From a virus (Duplodnaviria; Caudoviricetes), in the IMG/VR virus record IMGVR_UViG_3300043694_000018, positions 1 through 64,000 of that record: 64,000 nt of DNA. One strand, given 5' to 3'. The notes beneath the pieces were generated by a model that was not told where the DNA came from, ran no database searches, and was given only the letters and a program-made list of their open reading frames with translations. The position numbers and the translations under genes were made by a program. Below, piece after piece: positions 40,646 through 50,426 of the stretch (the stretch's first letter is position 1; every line of letters starts with the position of its first letter).

Positions 40646-43600
40646 ATGCCTGACGGCTCGAACCTCCCGCCCACCGCCGTCTACCTGAGCGGCACGCCCG
40701 GCGTGATGTCGGTGGCCGTGCCTATCGGCGCGGTCGGCCCCGGCCCGGTCCCGCCGCCGTGGCAGTACAGCGGCCCGACGATCTTCTACGATCAGGGCGG
40801 CGCGACCATGAAGCACGATGTGCCGGGCGGCTCCAAAGGCCCCGGCACGCTGAACGCCACGGCGCTGTACGTGAACGGCGTCGCGGTCGGCACGACGACG
40901 CTCAGCGTTAGCCAAGGCACCGGCATCGTCTGCTCGCCGAACCCGATTGTCGGCGTCGGCACGATCTCCATCGACACCAACGTCGTCGTCACCAAGCCGA
41001 GCGGTGCGCTGACGACGGGCTCGGTGCTGTTCGCGGGCACCACGGGTGCAGTCGCTCAGGACAACGCGAACTTCTCGTGGGACGACACCAACAACATCCT
41101 GACGGTCAAGAATCAGGTCAACGTCAACAACCTGCTCCTGCAAGGCGACGGCACCAACGCCTACGTGCGCAACACCGTCTCGGCGAACTATCTCTACCTC
41201 GGCGCGGGCTCGACCAATTCGCTGCTCGTCTCGACCACCGGGCTCTACTCGCCGACCGCCGGAGCCTCGAACGTCGGCAACGCCTCGAACTACTTCAACC
41301 AGATGTACGCCAACTCGTACATCGGCCGGGGCACAGGGACCGCGCAGTTCATCCTCGACACGCCCGCCGCGAACTCGCGCTGGGTCGAATGGCGCACCGC
41401 CGGGGTCGTGCGCTGGACGATGGGCGTCAACAACGCCGCCGAAGGCGGCTCGAACGCGGGCTCCAACTTCTTCCTCAGCCGCTTCACCGATGCAGGTGGT
41501 CCGCTCGACACACCGATCACCATCAATCGCGCGACCGGCCTGCTGACCAAGTTCGGGCCGGACGGCGCGAACTCGGTGCTGTTCGGCGGCACGGCGCGCG
41601 GCATCCGGTTCTACCACACGACGACCCTGTCCACGATTGAGGGCACCGACCAGACCGGCGGCGGTTCCTACCAGCCGCTGTACATCGGCGGCTCGCTGGT
41701 CAACCTCGGCGTCAACGGCAACACCTACTGGCAGGTTGCTGCGACCGGCAACCTGCTGGGCTTCACCGACAACACCAGCGACATCGGCACCATCTCGGCG
41801 GCCCGCCCGCGCAACATCTACGCCGCTGGCAATATTGGCGCTGGGCTGGCATCGGCGATTCCGGCCACCGGCACGCAGGACCTCGGCCTGCTGTTCTCGT
41901 CCACGCCGCACTTCGGCGTCACCTTCGCAGGCGGCGCTCCCAACATCGTGATGGCCAAGGGCACCATCGCGTTGAACAGCGCAGGCAATGCCGCGCCCTA
42001 CATCAACACGGACGGCACCGCCACCGGCTGGGTCCAGTTGGCGATGTCGGTGGGCGCTGGCTACCTGACCGGCATCACGGCTGGCACCGGCATCAGCGTC
42101 TCCGGCGTCGCGCCGTCACCGACCGTTGCGCTCAGCAACCAGATCACGGCGGCAGGCCCCATCGGGGGCGCGTCGACCGTCCCGGTCCTGACCTACAACG
42201 CACAGGGTCAACTGACGACCGTCACGACGGCCACGATCACGGCGGCGGCTATCGGTGCTCAGCCTGCCGGGACCTACGTGACGAGCGTCGGCGCAGGCAC
42301 CGGCATCACGATAGGCGGCACGGGCACTGCGCCGACCGTGGGCATCACCAACACGATCACGGCGGCAGGCCCCATCGGCGGCGCGGCCACGGTGCCGGTG
42401 CTGACCTACAATGCGCAGGGCCAACTCACGACGGTCACGACGGCAGCGATCACCGCCGCCGCCATCGGAGCCCAGCCCGCCGGGACCTACGTCACCTCGA
42501 TCACGGCAGGCAACGGCATCAGCGTCGGCGGCACCGGGGCCGTGCCGGTCATCAGCATGGCGAACTCGATCACCGCTGGCGGCCCCATCGGTGACGCGAG
42601 CCACGTCGCCCAGATCACCTACAACGCGCAGGGCGTGCTGACGCTGGTCTCGTCAGTGCTGATCACCCCGGCCGCCATCGGGGCTCAGCCCAGCGGCACC
42701 TACGTCACCGGCATCGGAGCCGGGACTGGCATCAGCATCGGCGGCACCGCGACCGTGCCCACGGTCGGGCTGGCCAATACCGCCGTCACGGCGGGCTCCT
42801 ACGGCTCGGGCGCGCTGGTCCCGACCTTCACGGTCGACGCACAGGGCCGCCTGACGGCGGCGGGCACCGCCACCAACACGCCCGCGATTGCCAACGTCAC
42901 CGGGCTCGGCACGGGCATCGCCACCTTCCTCGCCACGCCGAACAGCGCCAACCTTGCGGCGTGCGTGCCGGACGAGACCGGCTCCGGCGCGCTGGTGTTC
43001 GGCACTGCGCCTACGATCTCGAACGCCAACCTCACCGGCTCGCCAACCATCGCGGGCTACGCCACGACGGCGGCGCTGGCTGGCTACCTGCCGCTCACGG
43101 GCGGCATCCTGTCGGGCACGCTCCAGTTCAGCGCGGGCGACATCGGGCTCTCAGGATCGAACAGGCCTGCCAACGTCTACGTCGGCACGCAGGTTACGAC
43201 GCCACGGGTCAACGGGCCTGCCTCCTCCGATCTCACGCTCAACGCGCCAGTCGGTCAGAACGTGCAGCTTGCGGTCAACGGTGTGAACGTCGTCACCGTC
43301 ACCGCAGCGGGCCTCGCCAATACCGGCCCGGATCAGATTTTGGTCAACACCGCGATCCCGGCGGGCGGCAGCGTCGGCGCTGGCTACAAGTTCACCAGCA
43401 CCGCCAACTTCGGCATCTTCCCCGGCTCGGGTGCGCCAACGCTCGTCGCGGCGCGTGGCTCGCTCTACCTGCGCAGCGATGCGCCCACCGCGCCGTACTA
43501 CAACACGGACGGCACGGGCACGGGCTGGGTGCAGCTTGGCTCGGGCGGCGGCGCGTCGGTGTGGGTCGGCGACACACCGCCCGCTTCGCCCGCCGACAAC

Positions 43601-44191
43601 ACCCTCTGGTGGAAATCAGACAGTGGTCAACTGCTAATCTACTATAACGATTCCAACACTCGACAGTGGGTTCCTGCCGCGCCGTCGACCTCGCAGGGCC
43701 AGACCATTCCGCCGGGCACTGGCGCAGACTTCTGGGGCGGCACCGCGCCAGCGGGCTGGTACTTGTGCGACGGCTCGCTCAAGAACCGCGTGACGGACGC
43801 CGCGCTGTTCGCCGCCATCGGCACGACGTTCGGCGCGGGCGACGGCTCGACCACGTTCGCCTTGCCGGACTGTCGCGCGCGTGTGACGGCGATGGCGGAT
43901 GGCGGCACGGGCCGCTTCACTGCCATCGCCACGCTGGGGCAGGCAGGCGGCGCGGAGTATCAGGGCCTGACCATCGCCAATCTGCCCGCGCACAATCACG
44001 GCGGCACGGGTGTCGGCCTCGTCGGCAACAACCTCACCAACGGCACCTCGCGCGCAGTGGGCACGGCTGACGGCACCAACTCCGGCTACTTCCAAGACAT
44101 CCAATTGACCGGCGTGGGCAACACCGGCAGCGGCACCGGGCACTACAACGTGCAGCCCACCATCATCTGCAACAAGATCATCAAGAGGTGA
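40646..44191 (+). CDS. Long tail fibre with 71-aa tandem repeats and C-terminal tail-collar-like domain
   Basis: Gly/Thr/Ala-rich; G..DFWGGTAPAGWYLCDGS...R...AALFAAIGT.FG.GDGSTTF.LPD.R and H..VQPTII.N.IIK. Confidence 0.88.
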   Translation: MPDGSNLPPTAVYLSGTPGVMSVAVPIGAVGPGPVPPPWQYSGPTIFYDQGGATMKHDVPGGSKGPGTLNATALYVNGVAVGTTTLSVSQGTGIVCSPNPIVGVGTISIDTNVVVTKPSGALTTGSVLFAGTTGAVAQDNANFSWDDTNNILTVKNQVNVNNLLLQGDGTNAYVRNTVSANYLYLGAGSTNSLLVSTTGLYSPTAGASNVGNASNYFNQMYANSYIGRGTGTAQFILDTPAANSRWVEWRTAGVVRWTMGVNNAAEGGSNAGSNFFLSRFTDAGGPLDTPITINRATGLLTKFGPDGANSVLFGGTARGIRFYHTTTLSTIEGTDQTGGGSYQPLYIGGSLVNLGVNGNTYWQVAATGNLLGFTDNTSDIGTISAARPRNIYAAGNIGAGLASAIPATGTQDLGLLFSSTPHFGVTFAGGAPNIVMAKGTIALNSAGNAAPYINTDGTATGWVQLAMSVGAGYLTGITAGTGISVSGVAPSPTVALSNQITAAGPIGGASTVPVLTYNAQGQLTTVTTATITAAAIGAQPAGTYVTSVGAGTGITIGGTGTAPTVGITNTITAAGPIGGAATVPVLTYNAQGQLTTVTTAAITAAAIGAQPAGTYVTSITAGNGISVGGTGAVPVISMANSITAGGPIGDASHVAQITYNAQGVLTLVSSVLITPAAIGAQPSGTYVTGIGAGTGISIGGTATVPTVGLANTAVTAGSYGSGALVPTFTVDAQGRLTAAGTATNTPAIANVTGLGTGIATFLATPNSANLAACVPDETGSGALVFGTAPTISNANLTGSPTIAGYATTAALAGYLPLTGGILSGTLQFSAGDIGLSGSNRPANVYVGTQVTTPRVNGPASSDLTLNAPVGQNVQLAVNGVNVVTVTAAGLANTGPDQILVNTAIPAGGSVGAGYKFTSTANFGIFPGSGAPTLVAARGSLYLRSDAPTAPYYNTDGTGTGWVQLGSGGGASVWVGDTPPASPADNTLWWKSDSGQLLIYYNDSNTRQWVPAAPSTSQGQTIPPGTGADFWGGTAPAGWYLCDGSLKNRVTDAALFAAIGTTFGAGDGSTTFALPDCRARVTAMADGGTGRFTAIATLGQAGGAEYQGLTIANLPAHNHGGTGVGLVGNNLTNGTSRAVGTADGTNSGYFQDIQLTGVGNTGSGTGHYNVQPTIICNKIIKR
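42062..42800 (+). repeat. 213-bp (71-aa) coding tandem repeat, ~3.5 copies
   Basis: Units start at 42062, 42275, 42488, 42701 (Y.T.I.AG.GI...ITAAGPIG.A..V..LTYNAQG). Confidence 0.9.
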
Positions 44192-44403
44192 GCATGATTA
44201 CCTCCGCGACCTACAAGTGCGACCGCTGCGGCACCGAAGCCAAGTCGAGCGAAGGCGTCGCACCCCCGGCCGACTGGGCGATCATCAACGTGCAGGGCCT
44301 TGGCGTCTTTCGTGCGGTGAATCTCTGCACGACGTGCGCTGGCGATCTCATCGCGCTGATGGAGGCTAAGGGTGCCAAGTTCGACCTGACGCCGCCCGCC
44401 TGA
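44188..44403 (+). CDS. Small Zn-finger-like protein
   Basis: CDRCG ... LCTTC. Confidence 0.65.
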   Translation: MSMITSATYKCDRCGTEAKSSEGVAPPADWAIINVQGLGVFRAVNLCTTCAGDLIALMEAKGAKFDLTPPA

Positions 44404-44404
44404 C

Positions 44405-45577
44405 ATGCTCGACTTTCCGAACAGCCCGACAGACCAGCAACTCTGGGGCGCACCGAACGGTGTGACGTACCAGTTCAATGCCTCGCCTTCGCCCGGCTAC
44501 TGGGCGGCGGTCGGCGGCTCAACCACGGGCGCGACGATCTCCTCGACGCCGCCCGTCAATCCGTTCGGCGGGCAAATCTGGTGGCAGCCTGATCTCGCGC
44601 GCGCTTTCATCTGGTACTTCGACGGCAACAGCTATCAATGGGTTCCGCTCGACCCCGGCACAGGCGCGCTCGCGACCGGGGCCGACTTCTTCTCCTCGGG
44701 CGCGCCAGCGCTCGGCACGACTGCTCAAGTCACCACGATGCCGGTCATCAGTGGAAATTCAGGCTCGTGGTATTCGACAGGGACAGGGAGGTTCATCCCA
44801 CCGGCAGGAAGATACAACCTGTTCGCTGCCATCGGTGGCTACAGCAATGCCGGTGCCATCGGCATCAACGGCGCGATCCGCAAGAATGGCGTGACTGTTG
44901 GTCAAGGCCCCGCCGTCAACACGCCGGGGGCCAATCAATGGGGTGTCACGCCCCACAATGTGCAGGCGGACGCCAACGGCAGCGACTACTTCGACTTCCT
45001 CGTGTCGTGCAATCCCGCCGCGACCGGCAGCTTCGGTTGGTTCGGCGCGCATCCTGTCGGCCAGATCGTCGGCACGATCCAGCCGGGGCCGAGCGTGCCG
45101 TACCTCTACAACGAGGTGGTCTCGATTGCGGGCGCGACCGACATGCGACCGACCTTTCCGTCGAACGCCAAGAAGATCGAGATCGAGTTCGCCATCGGCA
45201 CTTCGGATTCCTCGGCGCAGACGTTCTATGTGCAGTGGATGCAGGGCGGGGCCATCGTCGGCGGCACCAACTACACGTACCAGATGTTCTATGGCACCGG
45301 CACGACCGTCGCGGCGGCAGGCGCGACCGGGCAAGGGTACTTCAACCTCGGCAGCGCGCTCATCTTCAAGGGCGTGCTGCGTCCCTCGTTCCTCTATCCC
45401 TCCGGCTACGTCCTCGAAGGCCAAGGCTACGCGCAGGGCGCGTCGGGTGCGCGCTACGCCATGGGCTGGTCAGGCGACACGGGCGCGCTCGGCGGCATCA
45501 CCGCGCTGCGCCTCGGCTTCGTCTCGGGCACGACGCTGGCAGTCGGCAGCTACGCCCGCAGCTACGTGGTGCAGTGA
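44405..45577 (+). CDS. Tail fibre-associated/receptor-binding protein (adaptor + C1q-like + beta domain)
   Basis: MLDFPNSP start, GRFIPPAGRY.L.A.I C1q-like motif. Confidence 0.7.
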   Translation: MLDFPNSPTDQQLWGAPNGVTYQFNASPSPGYWAAVGGSTTGATISSTPPVNPFGGQIWWQPDLARAFIWYFDGNSYQWVPLDPGTGALATGADFFSSGAPALGTTAQVTTMPVISGNSGSWYSTGTGRFIPPAGRYNLFAAIGGYSNAGAIGINGAIRKNGVTVGQGPAVNTPGANQWGVTPHNVQADANGSDYFDFLVSCNPAATGSFGWFGAHPVGQIVGTIQPGPSVPYLYNEVVSIAGATDMRPTFPSNAKKIEIEFAIGTSDSSAQTFYVQWMQGGAIVGGTNYTYQMFYGTGTTVAAAGATGQGYFNLGSALIFKGVLRPSFLYPSGYVLEGQGYAQGASGARYAMGWSGDTGALGGITALRLGFVSGTTLAVGSYARSYVVQ

Positions 45578-46656
45578 TGGCGCTCGATTTCCCAAACAGC
45601 CCGGTCGCCAATCAGGTGTTCTATGCCAGCAACGGCATCGCCTACCAGTACAACGCGACCTACACCGCATGGCTGCCGATCAGCGCGTTGATCGCGCCGC
45701 CCGTCGACTTCTACGCGACGATCTACTCCACGGGTATTCCCGCCGCTTGGACGACGCTCACGGCATGGGCCGTCCAGTCGGGCAATGCAGGCGGATGGCT
45801 CGGCGCGAACGGGCGGTTCACGCCGCCACCCGGCCGCTACTTCGTCTTCGCCGCGCATGTGTTCGGCCAGACCGGCACCGCCGTCACGGGCTACATCACG
45901 CTGCGCAAGAACGGCACCGTCATCGCAAACCCATCGCCGGGCATGACGACGGGGACGGCTGGCTACTACGGCAACACGTTCCATCAGGCCATTGTCGACA
46001 TGAACGGCACGGACTGGATTGACGTGCAGGTCTATGCCGGGACAACGACCAACATCAACCTGCCGTTCTGGTTCGGCGCGTTCGCGCTGCCCGGCGGCGC
46101 GCAGCCCTCGCCGGTCTACACGCCGACATGGCGGCAACTCTATCGCATCTCACCGACTGCGGGCGTCGGTCCCATCGACCTGACCTCGATTCCGTCCGAC
46201 ATCAACGATCTCGAACTGCGCTTCGACGTGAGTGCCACCACCGGGGCGCAGGACTTCATCGTCCAAGTCATCACGGCGAGCGGCGTCATTGCATCCAGCT
46301 ATGCATGGTCGACCAAGTGGGGCAACCACGCGCAGGCGTCGGGCGCGGCTCCCGCTGTGTACAACAGCACTGCCTCTGGCATGACCTCGGGCTTCGCGCT
46401 CAACGGCTCGGTGGTCGGCAACCGGGTGAGCTATACCATCAACGGCTCGCTCAAGATCAACAACATCAGAGACAACAGCCGGACGAAGTACGCCAACTGG
46501 CATTGCGGCTTCCTTGAACAGACCGGGACCTACGTCGTGGACATGGAAGGCGGCGGCTACCAGAGCGGCGGCTTGGCGATCACGGGCCTGCGCTGCACGT
46601 GGACCTCGACCACTTTCGCCGCTGGTGGGGAACTGTCACTACTCGGATCACCTTGA
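45577..46656 (+). CDS. Paralogous tail fibre-associated/receptor-binding protein
   Basis: MALDFPNSP start, GRFTPPPGRY.V.A; same architecture as 44405 gene. Confidence 0.7.
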   Translation: MALDFPNSPVANQVFYASNGIAYQYNATYTAWLPISALIAPPVDFYATIYSTGIPAAWTTLTAWAVQSGNAGGWLGANGRFTPPPGRYFVFAAHVFGQTGTAVTGYITLRKNGTVIANPSPGMTTGTAGYYGNTFHQAIVDMNGTDWIDVQVYAGTTTNINLPFWFGAFALPGGAQPSPVYTPTWRQLYRISPTAGVGPIDLTSIPSDINDLELRFDVSATTGAQDFIVQVITASGVIASSYAWSTKWGNHAQASGAAPAVYNSTASGMTSGFALNGSVVGNRVSYTINGSLKINNIRDNSRTKYANWHCGFLEQTGTYVVDMEGGGYQSGGLAITGLRCTWTSTTFAAGGELSLLGSP

Positions 46657-46669
46657 GAAGGAGGCATCG

Positions 46670-47002
46670 ATGCCGACATACGTGTGCGTCAAGGACAACG
46701 TCATCACCCAGATCGGAAAGGAGACCGACCCCGCGCTGGTCTTGGCACCGGGTGAGGTCCAGTACATCGCGCCGCCGGTCATGCCCGGCGCAGACGAGCC
46801 CGAGGTCGGCTGGCTGTGGAACGACGCCAATCCCGCGCCAGCGGCAGCGACTATGCCTGCGGGCGAGGAGAAGGCGAGCGCCGATCCCGGCCGCGCGCCG
46901 GAGCCCCCCAGCGACGAGCCGGGTGCGCCGCCAACCGGCACACCGCCGCAGCCGCGCCCAGCACCGCATGCGCCCGCGCATCGCGGCAGCCGCAGGGAGT
47001 AG
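46670..47002 (+). CDS. Hypothetical protein (possible fibre assembly factor) with Pro/Ala tail
   Basis: AAGGAGG RBS; ..P.VGW.W motif. Confidence 0.55.
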   Translation: MPTYVCVKDNVITQIGKETDPALVLAPGEVQYIAPPVMPGADEPEVGWLWNDANPAPAAATMPAGEEKASADPGRAPEPPSDEPGAPPTGTPPQPRPAPHAPAHRGSRRE

Positions 47003-47005
47003 GCC

Positions 47006-47374
47006 ATGGCCGACCCAGCGCACGAAATCGGAACGCCACCAGTGGGCCACGAGATGACCAACGATCCGAACAAGATCAGCTACGCCGTCGTCGGTGTCGA
47101 CGGCGGCAACCTCTTGGTCGACTACAAGCTCGGCGAGAACACCGTGCAGCTTCGCCTGCCCTACACGGGCGACAAGGAGAACCTGCCCGCCTACCTCAGC
47201 CGCATGGTGACGCTCACCGGGCTCGCCGACATCCCGCAGCCGCGCACCGAGACCGTCGACCTCACGCAGTTCCTCGGGACGGCGGGTCAGGTCAAGTACG
47301 AGCACGAGGAGCCGCCACCGCCGCCGCCCCCTGTGCCGCCGCAGGCTCCTGCGTCACCGCCCGAGCGCGAGTGA
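47006..47374 (+). CDS. Hypothetical protein, poly-Pro tail
   Basis: GGGAG RBS, codon bias. Confidence 0.6.
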   Translation: MADPAHEIGTPPVGHEMTNDPNKISYAVVGVDGGNLLVDYKLGENTVQLRLPYTGDKENLPAYLSRMVTLTGLADIPQPRTETVDLTQFLGTAGQVKYEHEEPPPPPPPVPPQAPASPPERE

Positions 47375-47375
47375 T

Positions 47376-47630
47376 GTGAAGCGGTGTCTGGCGCTCATCC
47401 TGTTGCTGGCTGGTTGCAGCAGCACCAAACCGCCTGACTGGCCAGACCCGCCTTTCAAGATGGAGGTGACGCTCGCGCGTGACGACAAGATCGTCTGCAT
47501 GGAGCGCATCTTCCATGTCGGCTTGCCGACCACGGGCGGGCACTGGCCCAAGGTGATCGGCTACTTGAGGCGCGAGTTCGAGTGTACCGTCGTGCCCGTC
47601 AACTATCCGTTGAGAGGGAGTGAGTGGTAA
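47376..47630 (+). CDS. Lipoprotein (o-spanin candidate)
   Basis: Lipobox LLLAG|C, Pro-rich linker, two further Cys; adjacent to endolysin. Confidence 0.6.
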   Translation: MKRCLALILLLAGCSSTKPPDWPDPPFKMEVTLARDDKIVCMERIFHVGLPTTGGHWPKVIGYLRREFECTVVPVNYPLRGSEW

Positions 47631-48055
47631 TGCCCATGTTGCTCAGCCCGAACTTTAGCCTTGAGGAAATGATCCGGTCGGACACGGCTCAAGCCGAGGG
47701 CATCGTCAATGCGCCCAACTGGGACTGCCTCGTTCAGATGATCCTGCTCTGCAACAACACGCTCGAAGGCATCCGCAAGTTGCTGGGCGACGTGCCGATC
47801 ACCATCACGTCCGGCTTCCGCTGTGGCGACCTCAACGAAGCGGTCGGTGGCGCGGAAAATTCGGCTCACTTGTTCGGCTGCGCCGCCGACTTCCATGCCG
47901 AGGGCTTCACGATCCAAGGGATCATCGCCGCCGTTCAGCCTCACATGGCAGAGCTTGAGATCGACCAGTTGATCGATGAGTACAGTCAGTGGGTCCATGT
48001 CGGTCGCGCCAATTTCGGCGCGACCCCGCGCAACGAGTGTTTCGCCGTCACCTAG
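47630..48055 (+). CDS. Endolysin, peptidase M15A family
   Basis: LSPNFSLEEM, ITSGFRC..LN.AVGG..NSAH..G.AAD, WVH. Confidence 0.88.
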   Translation: MPMLLSPNFSLEEMIRSDTAQAEGIVNAPNWDCLVQMILLCNNTLEGIRKLLGDVPITITSGFRCGDLNEAVGGAENSAHLFGCAADFHAEGFTIQGIIAAVQPHMAELEIDQLIDEYSQWVHVGRANFGATPRNECFAVT

Positions 48056-48378
48056 CGTGGCTGGCCCGCGCGCCGGGCCATCTCCTCGCTGGCTGGCGAG
48101 ATGCGTCCGTACTCGCCGTTGTACCAGCGCGGGAACAGGCGCTCGCCGACCCAGTGGACGGCGAGGATCACGCCGAACGCCGTGTAGGCGATCAGCCATT
48201 CCCACTTGCGGATCGGCTTCTCGACGCCGGGTGGCGTCTTGAGCCACCACAGGATGTCAGGCGGCGGCGCGACGCCGGTCAGCACATCAGGCGTCGGCTT
48301 GGGTGCGGTGAGCCTGAGCGCGACCCACGTGGCGAAGCTCAGCGCGATCACCACCAGCGCGATGTACAGGACCGTCAT
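48052..48378 (-). CDS. Hypothetical membrane protein
   Basis: Two hydrophobic segments. Confidence 0.6.
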   Translation of the reverse strand: MTVLYIALVVIALSFATWVALRLTAPKPTPDVLTGVAPPPDILWWLKTPPGVEKPIRKWEWLIAYTAFGVILAVHWVGERLFPRWYNGEYGRISPASEEMARRAGQPR

Positions 48379-48605
48379 CGGGTCTGGTCCCACGCGCCTG
48401 CGCCGGGATTGGCCTTGCGATCCCAGTCTGCGTCGGAGGCTTCCTCACTGGCGGCGGCCAGCGTGTAAAGCTCCTCGACCAGCCGCTGGATGATCACGAC
48501 CATTGCATCGGGGCCTAGCTCGCCGCTGATGATGGCGAGTTGCTTGCCGACGTGCTCGCTCAGTTCCTTGTAGGCGCGCTCCTGCTTGTACTGTTCGTCT
48601 GCCAT
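48375..48605 (-). CDS. Hypothetical protein
   Basis: GGGAGAAGG RBS, MADEQYK start. Confidence 0.6.
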   Translation of the reverse strand: MADEQYKQERAYKELSEHVGKQLAIISGELGPDAMVVIIQRLVEELYTLAAASEEASDADWDRKANPGAGAWDQTR

Positions 48606-49777
48606 CACGCCTTCTCCCTTCCTGTCATCATCGGCCGCGCCTGTTGCTTGGCGGCCTCCTTGCTCTGCGCCGTCGATGGCACGTTGTCGGTCTTCTGGCT
48701 GCCTTGGCTGCCCGGATACCAGACCTGCATCCAGCCGGGCTGCGTCGCCTGCCCGCCGTAGCCCCGCAGCTTCGGCACGCCTGTCACGGCGACCGCGCCC
48801 GCCGGGCACTTCACGATGTACTGCGTCGGCCCGGTGTGCGGCGTCACCCAGTTGCGCGTCCAGTTGCCGTCGCTCGCAAGCTGCGGGCTCGCGATCTCGG
48901 CTCCGGCCCAGTCCTGCTTGTCGACCACCACCATGATCTGCCCGGCGTTCTCCATCTGCGGGTTCCAGATCATGTGGATGCCGTTCGTCGCATGGATGCC
49001 ACCCATGCCGTTGCAGACGAACTTCGGCGACAGCCACGTCACCTGATCGGACGATGCCAGTTGCTCGGCACCCCAGCCGTCGCAGCGGGAAAGCTGCGCG
49101 TTGTTGACGGTGATCTGCGTGGTGGTGCCGCCGCCGGTTGGCCCGTTCTCGAAGATGACGCCGGTCTTGCCGACATCGTTGGTCTCGATCATGTCGACCG
49201 AGCCCTCGAACGCGCCCATGAACACGTAGCCGTTGCCCGCGACGTGCTCGACGCGCAGGTTCTGGATCGAGAAGTTGTAGAAGCTCTCGTTGTTGCCTTG
49301 GTTGCTGGAGACGAAGCGGAAGGCATCGCCACAGCGCCGGTTGGGATAGTCGCCCGTGACGAACAGGTTCTTCAGCCGGAAGCCCGGCTGCCCATCCTGA
49401 AACTCCAGCAGGTGATCGTAGCTCGCGATGGCGGTGCCGATCTGGAGGCCTGAGCCGTCGAAGTAGAAGTTGGGCTTCGTGACGGGCACGACGATCTTGG
49501 CGCTCACCGTGATCGGCGGACTGGCGGGGTCGACCACGATGCGCCCGCCGTTGGCGGCGGTCTGAAGCGCAGTGCGCAGGTCGCCCTCGTTGTTGATCAT
49601 CGTCAGCATGCCGTTCTCCGGTGGTTGAGGGTCAGGAGGGATCGGATCAGGCGGCGTGGCGGTGAGGGCCGCCAGCGCTTCGGCCGATGCCGCAGGAGCG
49701 TCGCGCAGCCATTGCAGCGTGGCCTCGCTGACCGTTCCGGCGGCCAGCCCGGCGAGTACGTCTCGGCGCTCAGGCAT
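48605..49777 (-). CDS. Right-handed beta-helix (pectin-lyase-like) protein with twin-arginine-like leader
   Basis: MPERRDVLAGLAAG leader; repeated ..I.NL.V..., GNG..F, ..G..F.N beta-helix patterns. Confidence 0.65.
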   Translation of the reverse strand: MPERRDVLAGLAAGTVSEATLQWLRDAPAASAEALAALTATPPDPIPPDPQPPENGMLTMINNEGDLRTALQTAANGGRIVVDPASPPITVSAKIVVPVTKPNFYFDGSGLQIGTAIASYDHLLEFQDGQPGFRLKNLFVTGDYPNRRCGDAFRFVSSNQGNNESFYNFSIQNLRVEHVAGNGYVFMGAFEGSVDMIETNDVGKTGVIFENGPTGGGTTTQITVNNAQLSRCDGWGAEQLASSDQVTWLSPKFVCNGMGGIHATNGIHMIWNPQMENAGQIMVVVDKQDWAGAEIASPQLASDGNWTRNWVTPHTGPTQYIVKCPAGAVAVTGVPKLRGYGGQATQPGWMQVWYPGSQGSQKTDNVPSTAQSKEAAKQQARPMMTGREKA

Positions 49778-49808
49778 GTTCGGTCTCCCTCGTCGGATCA
49801 TGCGCCAC

Positions 49809-50180
49809 TCAGCCCACGGTCGGTGGTGGCCATTTTTGGCGCGGCACCGGCACGCGCACCCGGATCGGGCCGCGCTGCTCGATGAGGGCGCGCAGGCCTG
49901 CCGGGTCGTGGCGTGCCCACACCATGAAGCAGTGGTGGCTGATCACGGTCGGCGGCCAGAGGTCGCCCGGCACCATCGCACGGGGCGCGCAACTTAAAGA
50001 CCCTACTGCCGACTGGGGAAGCCCATATTTGACCGCCAGAGGGCCTTGGCCGGGAGCGCCCGGAGATACGGCCCCGGCGGCCGAGCCTACGTGCTGGTCA
50101 CGGCTGCCAAGCCGCTGGGGTGTCGACGGGGTGTCGACACCTAGGGTCAGCGGATCGGTTACGGAAGGTAACTCTGCCAT
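49809..50180 (-). CDS. Hypothetical protein
   Basis: Fills gap between - strand genes; weak support. Confidence 0.35.
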   Translation of the reverse strand: MAELPSVTDPLTLGVDTPSTPQRLGSRDQHVGSAAGAVSPGAPGQGPLAVKYGLPQSAVGSLSCAPRAMVPGDLWPPTVISHHCFMVWARHDPAGLRALIEQRGPIRVRVPVPRQKWPPPTVG

Positions 50181-50192
50181 GTCACCGCCCGG

Positions 50193-50426
50193 TCACAGAC
50201 GACCCCGGTCTTCGCGCAGCCAGTACCAGAGCACGATGGGCAGCCAGCCGGTCGACCAGCGCAGGAAGCACGTGACGTTGGCGAACCAGAACGCCCGCCA
50301 CTCGGCCCCGGTCTGGGGCCGGGCAACACGCGCCAGCAGGCCGCTCAGCACTGACAGGGCGAACACCGTGCCGATGGCCATGTAGAGCGCCAGCGCGATG
50401 GCCAGCATGCGCTCGAAGTCGCTCAC
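50193..50426 (-). CDS. Small membrane protein
   Basis: GTG overlap; hydrophobic helix. Confidence 0.6.
   Translation of the reverse strand: MSDFERMLAIALALYMAIGTVFALSVLSGLLARVARPQTGAEWRAFWFANVTCFLRWSTGWLPIVLWYWLREDRGRL

Noticed and set aside
42062-42800. Regular repeats as a possible CRISPR array
   Set aside because: 213-bp in-frame coding repeats with no repeat-spacer structure and no cas genes.
40646-46656. Diversity-generating retroelement acting on tail fibres
   Set aside because: No reverse transcriptase and no adenine-mismatched TR/VR pair seen.
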